Counted from the first letter of the whole stretch, positions 36,822 through 49,364 are shown. The stretch is DNA of 63,464 nucleotides, filler included, from Chiloscyllium plagiosum (GCF_004010195.1; 4 parts of one record of this genome joined end to end with filler, not necessarily neighbours in it), one strand, 5' to 3'. A program made the numbers and translations. Notes: generated by a model not told the origin, from the sequence alone.

Positions 36822-37321
36822 NNNNNNNNNNNNNNNNNNNNNNNNNNNNNNNNNNNNNNNNNNNNNNNNNNNNNNNNNNNNNNNNNNNNNNNNNNNNNNN
36901 NNNNNNNNNNNNNNNNNNNNNNNNNNNNNNNNNNNNNNNNNNNNNNNNNNNNNNNNNNNNNNNNNNNNNNNNNNNNNNNNNNNNNNNNNNNNNNNNNNNN
37001 NNNNNNNNNNNNNNNNNNNNNNNNNNNNNNNNNNNNNNNNNNNNNNNNNNNNNNNNNNNNNNNNNNNNNNNNNNNNNNNNNNNNNNNNNNNNNNNNNNNN
37101 NNNNNNNNNNNNNNNNNNNNNNNNNNNNNNNNNNNNNNNNNNNNNNNNNNNNNNNNNNNNNNNNNNNNNNNNNNNNNNNNNNNNNNNNNNNNNNNNNNNN
37201 NNNNNNNNNNNNNNNNNNNNNNNNNNNNNNNNNNNNNNNNNNNNNNNNNNNNNNNNNNNNNNNNNNNNNNNNNNNNNNNNNNNNNNNNNNNNNNNNNNNN
37301 NNNNNNNNNNNNNNNNNNNNN

Positions 37322-37504
37322 GGTGGAGGCTGGTACAATTGCAATATTTAAGAGGCATTTGGATGGGTATATGAATAGGAAGGGTTTGGAGGGATATGGG
37401 CCAAGTGCTGGCAGGTGGGACTAGATTGCGTTGGGATATCTGGTCGGCATGGACGGGTTGGACCGAAAGGTCTGTTTCCGTGCTGTACATCTCTATGTCT
37501 CTAT
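37322..37504 (+). mobile_element. CR1 3' end after a gap
   Basis: VEAGTIAIFKRHLDGYMNRKGLEGYG and 3' UTR. Confidence 0.9.
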
Positions 37505-38610
37505 AAAAGATCAAAAACTCTATGAGAAAGAAAGTTTTCACTCATCAAACTGTTAATATCTGGGATAGGGTGTCTGAGATTGAGGTAAGCCAGTTTCATT
37601 GAAGGCATTCAGAAAGGAGATACCAGTAAAGGATGCATTGCAAAGTTATGGAGGGAAAGGCACTGACTGAAATGCCCCATTTGGAGAGGTAGTGTAAATA
37701 CGATGGGCCGATAGAACGTCTTGTGCACCATAACAACTCCATCAAACAAGGCAGATTACAGTTGTCCCCTTCTCAGTTCAGCACTAACTTGTTACCGTGG
37801 GCTGGGGTCAAGCTGGTCTTGGATTCCGAATGCATGTGCTCCACACTTTGTGTACATATAGGATCCAGTCCTCTGTCGGCTTCGCCAGTGGGGATTCACT
37901 CTGCCCACCCCATCACTTTGTGGAATGTGTGAAGCCACTAAAACCAAGACTCTGTCCGGTCTGTCCTCAGCAATTCATATTCAGTGACTTGGCTTCTGCT
38001 CCTCCCTCTATTGACCACAGCTAGGAAACAGGTGACCAGCTTTCTGTTTCTCACCTAGCTGTGGGCTCTTGCTATGCTGAAATTGACTGCTACACTCCAC
38101 TATAAACAGTACATCATTTATGGAAAGCGTTTGAGACATCTTCAAGGATGTTATCCTGCACGTCAGAATACCACATCCCTCTTTACAACCTGCCACATTG
38201 ACCAGTGCTAAGACATACGGGCGGTGCGGTATAACTCCCATCCAGTGTGAAATGCTCAATTGAAGATTGGTCAATTGTGGCGATCTTCCTTCTCTTTCAC
38301 AATCTCAGTCTCCCCACTTTACGGTCAATGAAATAAATATCCCTTGACACAAATTGAAACCAATCTTTGTGTGATAACTGTCCTGTGCCACACCTCAGTG
38401 GGATGTTTTGCGTCATTAATGATACAATACAATGCAAATTATTGTTGAACTGCAGCCACTGTAGTAAGGTAGGGAAATCTATTATCCAACACTGGACATC
38501 ACTGAGTGAAATGATTACTGAAGGTAACATTGGGAAGACATTGGGGTGAGGCCACATCTATTCCTCTCGACCTGTTGTGGCTTATGAGGGAAGGGAAGTT
38601 TGGGCACCGT

Positions 38611-39941
38611 TCAGAACTCTGTGGGAAGCTAGAGAAGTGATTGCTGGGCCTCTTAATGAGATATTTGTATCATCGATAGTCACTGGTGAGGTGCCGGAAG
38701 ACTGGAGGTTGGCTGTTTAAGAAGGGTGGTAGAGACAAGCCAGGGAACTATAGACCGGTGAGCCTGACCTCAGTGGTGGTCAAATTGTTGGCGGGAATCC
38801 TGAGGGACAGGATGTACATGTATTTGGAAAGGCAAGGACTGATTAGGGATAGTCAACATGGCTTTGTGTGTGGGAAATCATGTCTCACAAACTTGATTGA
38901 GTTTTTTGAAGAAGTAACAAAGANNNNNNNNNNNNNNNNNNNNNNNNNNNNNNNNNNNNNNNNNNNNNNNNNNNNNNNNNNNNNNNNNNNNNNNNNNNNN
39001 NNNNNNNNNNNNNNNNNNNNNNNNNNNNNNNNNNNNNNNNNNNNNNNNNNNNNNNNNNNNNNNNNNNNNNNNNNNNNNNNNNNNNNNNNNNNNNNNNNNN
39101 NNNNNNNNNNNNNNNNNNNNNNNNNNNNNNNNNNNNNNNNNNNNNNNNNNNNNNNNNNNNNNNNNNNNNNNNNNNNNNNNNNNNNNNNNNNNNNNNNNNN
39201 NNNNNNNNNNNNNNNNNNNNNNNNNNNNNNNNNNNNNNNNNNNNNNNNNNNNNNNNNNNNNNNNNNNNNNNNNNNNNNNNNNNNNNNNNNNNNNNNNNNN
39301 NNNNNNNNNNNNNNNNNNNNNNNNNNNNNNNNNNNNNNNNNNNNNNNNNNNNNNNNNNNNNNNNNNNNNNNNNNNNNNNNNNNNNNNNNNNNNNNNNNNN
39401 NNNNNNNNNNNNNNNNNNNNNNNNNNNNNNNNNNNNNNNNNNNNNNNNNNNNNNNNNNNNNNNNNNNNNNNNNNNNNNATGTTGCCAGGGTTGGAGGATT
39501 TGAGCTATAGGGAGAGGCTGAACAGGCTGGGGCTGTTTTCCCTGGAGCATCGGAGGCTGAGGGGTGACCTTATAGTGGTTTACAAAATTATGAGGGGCAT
39601 GGATAGGATAAATAGACAAAGTCTTTTCCCTGGGGTGGGGGAGACCAGAACGCGAGGGCATAGGTTTAGAGTGAGAGGGGAAAGATATAAAAGAGACCCA
39701 ACTTTTTCACACAGAGGGTGGTACGTGTATGGAATGAGCTGCCAGAGGAAATGGTGGAGTCTGGTACAATTGCAACATTTAAGAGGCATTTGGATGGGTA
39801 TATGAGTAGGAAGGGTTTGGAGGGATATGGGACGGGTGCTGGCAGGTGGGACTAGATTGGGTTGGGGTATCTGGTCGGCATGGACAGGTTGGACCAAAGA
39901 GTCTGTTTCCATGCTGTACATCTCTATGACTCTATGACTCT
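38611..39941 (+). mobile_element. Young CR1 LINE spanning an N gap
   Basis: PGNYRPVSLTSVV...QHGFVCGKSCLTNLIEFFE, then MLPGLEDLSYRERL; (ctatgact)2 tail. Confidence 0.92.
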
Positions 39942-40149
39942 GTTGGAGTCACCATTCACTGCTGGTCACTATACCTGGGCCCAGAATTAGTGTGCTGTTC
40001 TCTGAACATGAAGCTCTGGCCCAAACAGCTTCTGGGCAGATTTATTGGCAGCTCCTTGGCAACACAGCTGCTATTATTTACACATGCAGGCTACACTCAT
40101 TGGAAAGAAGCGACAGGCAACTGAGCCCCTCACTGTGTAGCTTAGGAAA

Positions 40150-40730
40150 GGAAAACACGTGCATTCATATAGATCCTTTCACAACAATCCGTCCTAAAAT
40201 ATTTCACAGCTGGCAATGAACTTTGGAGGCATAGTTGCATTGAAAGGCAGAAAATGTCGGCAGCTGAATGTAACACAGCAAAATCCCAGAAGCGGCAATG
40301 TGGTAAAGAGAAAATCATTTGCCTATCGTATTGGAGACAAAAAACCTGCAGATGCTGGAATCCAAGGTAAACAAGCAGGAGGCTGCAAGAACACAGCAAG
40401 TCAGGCAGCATCAGGAGGTGGAAAAGTCAACATTTCAGGTGTAACCCCTTCTTCAGGACTGGGTTATACCTGAAACATTGATTTCTTCAGTGCCTATAGT
40501 ATTGGCCACCATGGAGAATACCCCTGCTCTTCTCTGAGATAGGCCCATGGGTTCTACTTTACATCCACTGGAGAGGGCAAATGGGGCCTCAGTTCATTGT
40601 CTCATCTGAAAGTTGGCACCTCCCAATGGTGTAATGCTCCCTCGGTACTGCACCAGGAATAGCCATCTGGATGACAGGCTCAAGTCTCTGGAATGGGGTG
40701 GAACCCAGGGTTGAAAGCGGCACCCAGTGG
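40150..40730 (-). mobile_element. Deu-domain SINE (SacSINE1/AmnSINE1-like), interrupted by a Penelope mini-element
   Basis: Minus strand reads gagggagcattacacc..ggaggtgccaactttcagatgagac..gaggccccatttgccctctccagtggatgtaaa..cccatgg..gaagagcagggg..ggccaata, then cacattgccgcttctgggattttgctgtg; recognised as the Deu domain from memory. Confidence 0.72.
40335..40490. mobile_element. Short palindromic Penelope pLTR insertion with a 15-bp TSD
   Basis: tgcctatcgtattgg (40320-40334) / tgcctatagtattgg (40491-40505); inner inverted arms tcaacatttcaggtgtaaccc / gggttatacctgaaacattga. Confidence 0.8.
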
Positions 40731-41633
40731 TTGATAGCTGGCACTGTGGGCATCCCAGGCAAAGCTGGCATTTATCCCGAAACCAAGATGCCCTTGAAAT
40801 GGTATTAAAGTGGGCCTTGTGTATAGGCCTGTGTGGTGAAGGTATTCCCACAGTGATAGTAGAGAAGATGCTCCGGGATTCTGACCCAATGACACTGAAA
40901 GACGGTGATTTACTGACGCGTTGTGAAGATGTGTGTGACTTGGAGGCTAACACGGTTTGTTCCCATTGCATCTGCTTCCCTCCTTCTAGATGGTGGAGGC
41001 TGTAGGTTTGGGGCTTGCTGCCAATTGACTAGATCAGCAGCACTGTGAAGGGGTAAGCAGCATTTGGCAGAAGGGGAGCTGGAACTTGGATTCAGTTGCT
41101 TCACACCCACAGTCCCCCGGGATTGAAAGGAAAGGAACGCAATGTGTGGAACAGATGGCATGTGGCAGATGGTCAACTGATCTTTGCAAATTCTCTTGTT
41201 GTTGGGAACAAGAGATTCTTTGTGCGGGAGATGTTTCTTCCCAGAACCTCTGCCCCATTGCCCATCCTGGAACAGCCATTGTCCAAGCACCTCTGGCCTT
41301 TTCCCAAACAGGAAGAGGTTCCTTTTGGTCCATCAGACTCCACTTCCTCCATGCTAAGACAGTCCCCTTCGGGAACAGAAAGATGGCATGATTCTGAGCA
41401 AACAGAACATTTCCTCACTCTCAAATGCCTACAAAAAGATGTCATGCCGTACTAAACTAAATGAAAAGTCGTGCTGTGTTGACATAGATGGGCGATGGCT
41501 CCAAGTACAGACTTTAAATGGACAAACAGGGGCCTGAAATATCCTAGAGGAGAATCAAGAGGTTTGACAGCAGGAAATTCAAACTGCATTTCTACAAGTA
41601 ATGAAGGAAGGTTGGAAAAGGCAGGAAATAAAA

Positions 41634-41765
41634 GGAAAATTAGGCAGTGTGGTGGTCAGAAATTCAGGAAAGTTAGGCAGTGTGGTGGTTGGAAATTCAG
41701 GAAAATTAGGGAGTATGGTAGTCGGAATATTAGGCAGTATGGTGGATGAAAACTTGGAAAAACTA
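41634..41765. repeat. Short degenerate 33-bp tandem repeat, about 4 units
   Basis: ggaaa(a/g)ttaggcagtgtggtggt..gaaattca at 41634, 41667 and 41700. Confidence 0.8.
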
Positions 41766-41903
41766 GACTATAATGAGGCTAGAACCCTCCTCTTTAACAT
41801 TTCAATATAAACCATTAAGTAAAAATCATCCAATATACCGTCTGGAAATAAAATTCACTTTGACATACAAAGATTTGCAAGACTTGAGGAAATATCCCTC
41901 AGG

Positions 41904-42111
41904 GAGAAAGTGAGGACTGCAGATGCTGGAGATCAGAGCTGAAAATGTGTTGCTGGAAAAGCGCAGCAGGTCAAGCAGGCCAAGGAGCAGGAGAATCGAC
42001 GTTTCGGGCATGAGCCCTTCCTCCTGGAGAAAGGCTCATGCCCGAAACGTCGATTCTCCTGCTCCTTGGATGCTGCCTGACCTGCTGCGCTTTTCCAGCA
42101 ACACATTTTCA
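41904..42111. mobile_element. Palindromic Penelope pLTR mini-element (family B) with a perfect 15-bp TSD
   Basis: gaaatatccctcagg at 41889-41903 and 42112-42126; inverted arms of about 80 bp centred near 42022. Confidence 0.9.
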
Positions 42112-43194
42112 GAAATATCCCTCAGGTTTGGGATGGACTAAGAAATAACAAAATCATAAATCTTCACAGAGTAGGTGGTTTACCCAGTTCAACAGAAGGA
42201 ACTTCATTGGAGAGATGACAGAAAGTCTCTCTCTTCAAGATACTGTCTAAATGTGGGTAGGGTGCAGCAGGCTGCTGAGATTTGGCTGCCGGTTTTAAGG
42301 ACTGGAACTGCAAGTGGAATATTTCAGAAAAGCACTCAGTGAAGACACAAAGGAAAACATTGGGGGTGGATGGGGGTGGTGGTTGTTGATTCTATCTCCC
42401 TCGGCTCCCTTCACCCTCACCAAGGTCAAACTGTCCCCTTTAATGGAGTAACAGTAAACCTGAGTGTTGGTGAGCTGCCCTGCTGGTGTGTCTGTGAAAA
42501 CATGAACTTAGAAAATCTGTTTGTGATTAAGACTCACCTGAGCATCCAGCTGCTAACTGAATTTATGCAATTAAAAATGGTTTTGTTTAATATACACAAA
42601 TGTCGAAAAATTGTTTCCAGCAGCACCTGCACTTCAGGTGAAGTGAGACTCTTCAGGATGTCCTGTGGCTGTGAAAAGTGCGACAGAAATTCAATATGTT
42701 ATTTCTTTAAAGGCTGCAAGAGGCTAAGTGAGGAAAGTTTTAACCGCTTGGTGAATTAATGGCACCCCATTTGTTAATAGGCCATTCAACCCAACTGATC
42801 CATACTGGCACTCAATCTCCACGGGAGCTTTCACACTCTGTTCTTTATCTAGCTATAAACATTAGTAACTTTCTCTCTCACCTACCTATCTCACTCATCT
42901 CATTGCATTCACCTGAGCCACTCCCTGTGGGAATAATGCCCACAATCCTGCTACTCAGAGTAAAGAAGCACTCCTGAGATACGCTCTCCCCTAAAGAAGC
43001 ACCTCTACTGATCATTGTCTAATATTTATGCCGTCCCTAGTTCTGCTATCTCCCAGGGTTATACTTTAGCCTACCCCACCAAATGCTTTCATTAGATTAA
43101 AACCCTATTAGGTCATCCATATCTACCCATTTCTCTGCAAGGTAACCGAGGACTAACTAAATTAAGAGAAGAATTCAAAAAATATCTTCCTTTA

Positions 43195-43410
43195 CAAGGA
43201 CCTGAGGTGTAACTTTTTCACACAGAGGGTGGGGTGTGTCTGGCATGCACTGCCAGACTGGTACAATTACAACATCTAAAGGCATCTGGATGGGTAAATG
43301 AATAGGAAGGGTTTAGAGGGATTTGGGCCAAATGCTGGCAAGGTCTGGTCGGTGTGGAGGAGTTGGATCGAAGGATCTATTTCTATGCTCCATGGCTCTA
43401 TGACTCAATG
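43195..43410 (+). mobile_element. CR1 3' end fragment
   Basis: tttttcacacagagggtgg...ctctatgactc. Confidence 0.8.
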
Positions 43411-43479
43411 TAATTAGAAGATGACTCCCTGCAAATTGTGTCAGTGCTTCGAAGCCCTGGTAGTTGTGAAAAGCACCAT

Positions 43480-43922
43480 AACTGTTGGGGGGGACAGCGT
43501 TGCAGGTGTAAGCTGCAGTGAAGGGGTCTGTGGCTCTAAGACTCAGAAGGGAAAGGGGGAGAGGAGGAGAGCGCTAGTTATAGGGGACTCTCTAGTTAGA
43601 GGGACGGACAGGCGGTTCTGTGGACATGGGCGAGACTCACGGATGGTTTGTTGCCTCCCGGGTGCTAGGATCCGAGACGTCTCAGACCGTGTCTTCAGAA
43701 TCCTTAAGGGGAGGGTGTGCAGCCAGAAGTCGTGGTGCACATTGGCACCAACGACATAGGTAGGAAGAGGGATGGGGAGGTCATTCAAGAGCTCAAGGAG
43801 TTAGGCAGGAAGCTAAAAGCTAGGACGGACAGAATCGTCATCTCTGGGTTGTTCCTGGTGCCACGTGACAGTGAGGCAAAGAAGAGGGAGAGAGTGCAGT
43901 TGAACACGTGGCTGCAAGGATG
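43480..43922 (+). mobile_element. CR1 ORF1 SGNH-esterase fragment, cut by a join
   Basis: ALVIGDSLVRG...CCLPGARIRDV and, after a frameshift, QPEVVVHIGTND. Confidence 0.9.
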
Positions 43923-44022
43923 NNNNNNNNNNNNNNNNNNNNNNNNNNNNNNNNNNNNNNNNNNNNTTAATTAATTAANNNNNNNNNNNNNNNNNNNNNN
44001 NNNNNNNNNNNNNNNNNNNNNN
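43923..44022. other. Artificial scaffold join with TTAATTAATTAA linker
   Basis: N44 + 12-mer (43967-43978) + N44. Confidence 0.95.
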
Positions 44023-44985
44023 TCTCCAGTCTATCTATATTCTCCTGTATCCTTTGACAGAGCCTTGTGCTTTCTGCTACTCCACCAATCTTCATGTCAT
44101 CTGCAACTTGCTGATCATACCAACAGTGCCCTCTTCCAGATCATTTATGTATATCACAAACAACAGTGGCCCCAACACTGATCCCTGTGGAACACCACTG
44201 GTCACCTTTCTCCATTTCGAGAAACTCCCTTCAACTACTACTCTCTGTCTCCTGTTGCTCAACCAGTTCTTTATCCACCTAGCTAGAATACCCTGCACAT
44301 CATATGACTTCACTTTCTCCATTAGTTTACCATGGGGAACCTTATCAAATGCCTTACTAAAGTCCATGTATATAACATCTACAGCCCTTCCTTCATCTAT
44401 CAACTTGGTCACTTCTTCAAAGAACGCTATTAAGTTGGTAAGGTACGATCTCCCTGCACAAAACCATGTTGCCTATCACTGATAAGGCCATTCTTTTCCA
44501 AATATAAATAGATTTTATTCCTCAGTACCTTCTCCAGCAACTTTCCCATCACCGACATCTGGCTCACTGGTCTGTAGTTACCCAGAATGTCCCTACTACC
44601 CTTCTTGTACAGGGGAACAACATGAGCAACCCTCCAGTTCTCCGGCACCTCACCTGTGTTTAAGGATGCTACAAAAATATCTGTCAGGGCCCCAGCTATT
44701 TCCTCTCTTGTCTCCTTCAGCAACCTGGGATAGATTCCATCTGGTCCTGGGGATTAGTTCACCTTAATATCCTTTAGCCTACCCAACACATCTTCCATCC
44801 TTATGTCAACATGATCCAGAGTAATCTCAACATTCATCATGTCCCTCTCCTCAGTGAACACTGATGCAAAGTAATCCATTGAGAACCTCACCCATTTTCT
44901 CAGGTTCAATACAAAGCCTTCCTTCCTCATCCCTTGGTGGACCAACCTTTTCTCTTGTTACCCTCTTGCTTCTTATATATGAAGC
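44023..44985 (-). mobile_element. CR1 RT fragment
   Basis: Minus ORFs GNYRPVS...QHGF and [17 protein letters not shown]...[10 protein letters not shown]. Confidence 0.92.
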
Positions 44986-45049
44986 TGCTTATTTATACCT
45001 CTAACAAAGCTCGACTTTGTGATGTCTTATCTCATGATAAAACCCTGAT

Positions 45050-45595
45050 TTGTGCCTTTATTACCATGGTGCACTCATGGCTAGTCTCCCACACTACACC
45101 CTTTAAACTGGTGGTCATTCAAATCTTTGCTACCCATGTCTTAACTTGCAATAAGTCCAGTTCCTCCAAGATGCCTGTTTACTGATCTACAATGGCCCCC
45201 ACTTAAGCAATGGTTTCATTTTAAATACATCATGCTTGTTTTCAAATCTCTACGTGCTCTCGTCTCCAAACCTGCCAACCCTTCCACTCACACAACCTTC
45301 CAAGGTATGTGCCTGCCTCCCATTCTGGCCTCCCCAACATTCCCGATTGCAGTCACTCCACCTTGGGAGCCATGCCTCCAGTTACTGAGGACCCCAATCA
45401 TCATTACCCTCTCTGCATTTCCAACCCCAGTTCCTCCTTTAAGGCATTTCTCCAATCCTAGTCCTCTGGCCAGCTTTCTGACCCAAGAACTCCTAACGTG
45501 GCTCAGCGTCACACCTTATTTCGTAGCATTTCTGGAAACTCATTGGATTATTTTATTACATTAACTGTGCTATATAAATATAGGTTGTTGTTACT
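45050..45595 (+). mobile_element. Old L2-clade LINE 3' remnant
   Basis: HFKYIMLVFKSL resembles the L2 FKILLLVFKAL motif; tail tgctatataaat..gttgttgtt. Confidence 0.55.
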
Positions 45596-45876
45596 GTTGG
45601 AAAAGTCTGGAGAATTAGTTTCAGAAAGAACACAAAATGCAGTGGACAGAGCTGCTCACTGTCCTGCCGAGTCTAGGGAAAGGAGCTTGGTCTGAGAGAC
45701 TGTAGTAAGTGAAACCACAGGAACATCAGGATAAAGTATTTTACACATAGTCTTCCAGCATCTCGATGTTTCAACGGATCAGTGATTTCCGGCCATGGAA
45801 ACCTCCAGGATCACAATCAAACAAAATTGGCAACTGTGGGAAGCCCAAACAAAGGTGTATCTGTCGCAACTACATT

Positions 45877-47752
45877 CATCCTGCTCTGTGTTTCTCCAGT
45901 GAAACCCATCCTGCTCTGTGTTTATCCAGTGAAACCCGTCCTGCTCTGTGTTTATCCAGTGAAACCCATCCTGCTCTGTGTTTATCCAGTGAAACCCATC
46001 CTGCTCTGTGTTTATCCAGTGAAACCCATCCAGCTCTGTGTTTATCCAGTGAAACCCATCCTCCTCTGTGTTTATCCTGTGAAACCCGTCCTGCTCTGTG
46101 TTTCTCTAGTGAAACCCATCCTGCTCTGTGTGTCTCCCGTGAAACCCGTCCTGCTCTGTTTTTATCCAGTGAAACCCATCCTGCTCTGTGTTTCTCCAGT
46201 GAAACCCATCCTGCTCTGTGATTATCCAGTGAAACCCATCCTGCTCTGTTTTTATCCAGTGAAACCCATCCAGCTCTGTGTTTCTCCAGTGAAACCCATC
46301 CTCCTCTGTGTTTCTCCAGTGACACCCATCCTGTTCTGTGTTTCTCCAGTGACACCATCCTGCTCTGTGTTTCTCCAGTGAAACCCATCCTGCTCTGTGA
46401 TTATCCAGTGAAACCCATCCTGCTCTGTTTTTATCCAGTGAAACCCATCCAGCTCTGTGTTTATCCAGTGAAACCCATCCAGCTCTGTGTTTATCCAGGG
46501 AAACCCATCCTGCTCTGTGTTTCTCCAGTGACACCCATCCTGCTCTGTGTTTCTCCAGTGACACCCATCCTGCTCTGGGCTTCTCCAGTGAAACGCATCC
46601 TGCTCTGTGTTTATCCAGTGACACCCATCCTGCTCTGTGCTTCTCCAGTGAAACCCATCCTGCTCTGTTTTTATCCAGTGAAACCCATCCTGCTCTGTGT
46701 TTCTCCAGTGAAACCCATCCTGCTCTGTGCTTCTCCAGTGAAACGCATCCTGCTCTGTGTTTCTCCAGTGAAACCCATCCTGCTCTGTGTTTCTCCAGTG
46801 ACACCCATCCTGCTCTGTGTTTCTCCAGTGAAACCCATCCTGCTCTGTGTTTATCCAGTGAAACCCATCCTGCTCTGTGTTTCTCCAGTGAAACCCATCC
46901 TGCTCTGTGTTTCTCCAGTGAAACCCATCCAGTTCTGTGTTTCTCCAGTGAAACCCATCCTGCTCTGTGTTTCTCCAGTGACACCCATCCTCCTCTGTGT
47001 TTCTCCAGTGACACCCATCCTGCTCTGTGTTTCTCCAGTGAAACCCATCCTGCTCTGTTTTTATCCAGTGAAACCCATCTTGCTCTGTGTTTTTCCAGTG
47101 AAACCCATTCTGCTCTGTTTTTATCCAGTGAAACCAATCCTCCTGTGTTTCTCCAGTGAAACCCATCCTGCTCTGAGTTTCTCCAGTGAAACCCATCCAG
47201 CTCTGTGTCTCCAGTGAAATCCATCCTGCTCTGTGTTTCTCCAGTGAAAGCCATCCTGCTCTGTTTTTATCCAGTGAAACCCATCCTGCTCTGTGTTTCT
47301 CCAGTGAAACCCATCCTGCTTTGTTTTTATCCTGTGAAACCCATCCTGCTCTGTTTTTTTCCAGTGAAACCCATTCTGCTCTGTTTTTATCCAGTGAAAC
47401 CCATCCTCCTGTGTTTCTCCAGTGAAACCCATCCTGCTCTGTGTTTCTCCAGTGAAACCCATCCAGCTCTGTGTCTCCAGTGAAACCCATCCTGCTCTGT
47501 GTTTCTCCAGTGAAAGCCATCCTGCTCTGTTTTTATCCAGTGAAACCCATCCTGCTCTGTGTTTCTCCAGTGAAACCCATCCTGCTCTGTTTTTTATCCA
47601 GTGAAACCCATCCAGCTCTGTGTTTATCCAGTGTCCAAAGAAACCGATCCTACTCTGTGTTTATCCAGTGTCCAGTGAAACCCATAATGCTGTATTTTTC
47701 CAGTGAAACCCATCCTGCTCTGTGTTTATCCAGTGTCCAATGAAACCCATCC
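45877..47752. repeat. Minisatellite, 30-bp unit GAAACCCATCCTGCTCTGTGTTT(C/A)TCCAGT, about 62 copies
   Basis: Directly visible tandem array, degenerating at the 3' end. Confidence 0.98.
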
Positions 47753-49138
47753 TTTCAAAAAGAGAATTTGAGAATGTTCCTGAATCAGTAGAGATCGTCA
47801 AATGGTTCCCTCTGTTTCCACCTGCTAACCAACCAAAGACAGGTGTGTAATGGAAAAGAAAATGTGTTTGAACCCCCTGAGTGCTGCAGCTGTTAACAAG
47901 TGAATGAGAGGTTTTCTCAAACATATTTAAAAAGAGCAGCCTAAATATTTATTGCACAACCCCTGAAATAAGTTCAAAACTGCAGCCACTTGCAATCCCC
48001 TGAAGACATCCGCATTCAAGACGATGGTTATAAAACGGTGGCATGCTCTTCAGACTGAAACAGGCAACGTTTCAGTGTTACTGCTGTTCTGCCGGAGATG
48101 AAACTGAAATGTTCCCGATCTGTGGTTTCTTGTTGGATCACTCGTGAAGCAGTGTCTGCTGGTTAGTAAAGATGCATCTGCTTAAAGGCGTCTGTTTCAG
48201 TTGGTGCACTCCAATTGAGGTGCACTCAAACCCCTGCAGTGAAAACATGGCAAGGTTCCTGTTTTGGTGGCTCTTGGACACAGTCCTGTTCCTTTACTGG
48301 TCTAGATCTCTCTTTCTCTCTCTCTCTACTCCAAAAATGCCCTGAATAACTTAAGAAAATGTTCTACTAAATGTCTTTAATCAGAAAGATCATTTTTGCC
48401 ATGTGACTATAATAAAGTTTCACTAAGAAATCCTCACTGCGGGCAGGGGCGTGGATAAATGCTGGGGTCTAAAGTCTACCCAATCACATGTCGTTGTCAC
48501 AGGTTCAAGGTGTTTTCACGTCTAATCTTTGGAATTTTGCTCAGAGCTGAACAGTCTGCATTAAGCGTTGAGAGCTAATTTTCTTTAATTATTCAGGGTT
48601 GGGCAATCATTAACCACTGCAAACGTTTCGTTGCTTTTGAATGACTTCTCAATGAGATGTCTGAAGATTTATTTCCATTTCAATGCCTTATCCAAAGATG
48701 AAAGTGAACTCCAAGGCATTGTGCCATTCTGTGAGTATTGGTCACCTGACCTCCCATCTGGGTTTTGATTTACAAATAAAGTGACCCTTCTCTTTTTGGT
48801 TTAAGGTAAAGTTTCCATTCTTTAGTTAGGCTCTAGACATCTACGCTCCGATTGTGATAATGATTACCTGAAGATTTGTGGGTGAAGGGGAAATAAAGGA
48901 GAATGGAACTAGATGAGTTATTTTTGCAGGAAGATAGCATTGTTCCACTGGGCTGAATGGCCTGCTTCAGTATTGTCATGATTTGGCAATGCTAACAGGC
49001 TTCTTCAAATCTCTGTTACGCAGCTTTGAAGCATTGTCCCAACACTTCCATGCTTTGTTTTATCATTGCTCCTGTTAAGTACCTTGAAATATTTTGCAAC
49101 ATTAAGGATGGGGTATAAAAGCAAGTTGTCATTGTTGA

Positions 49139-49364
49139 CCATGATTTGGAGACCCCGGTGTTGGAGTGGAGTGTACAAAGTTAAAAATCACACAACACCA
49201 GGTTATAGTCCAACAGGTTTAATTGGAAGCACTAGCTTTCAGAGCCCCGCTCCTTCATCAGGTGGTTGTGACAACGACCCGATGAAGGAGCAGCGCTCCG
49301 AAAGCTAGTGCTTCCAATTAAACCTGTTGGACTGTAACCTGGTGTTGTGTGATTTTTAACTTTC
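49139..49364. mobile_element. Palindromic Penelope pLTR mini-element (family A) with a 10-bp TSD
   Basis: tcattgttga at 49129-49138 and 49365-49374; near-perfect inverted arms of about 90 bp centred near 49270. Confidence 0.9.
49230..49264 (-). ncRNA. Minimal type I hammerhead ribozyme motif (Penelope type)
   Basis: CAC-CUGAUGA-AGGAGC-GGG-GCUCU-GAAA-GCUA-GUG: intact core, stem I CAC/GUG, palindromic AGCU stem III; activity not shown. Confidence 0.65.

Noticed and set aside
45766..47743. Long ORFs of up to 422 aa over the 30-bp array
   Set aside because: By-product of a stop-free 30-bp unit; frames shift at unit indels; no domain or gene context.
45877..47752. CRISPR-like regular repeat
   Set aside because: Units abut with no unique spacers, there are no cas genes, and the context is eukaryotic.
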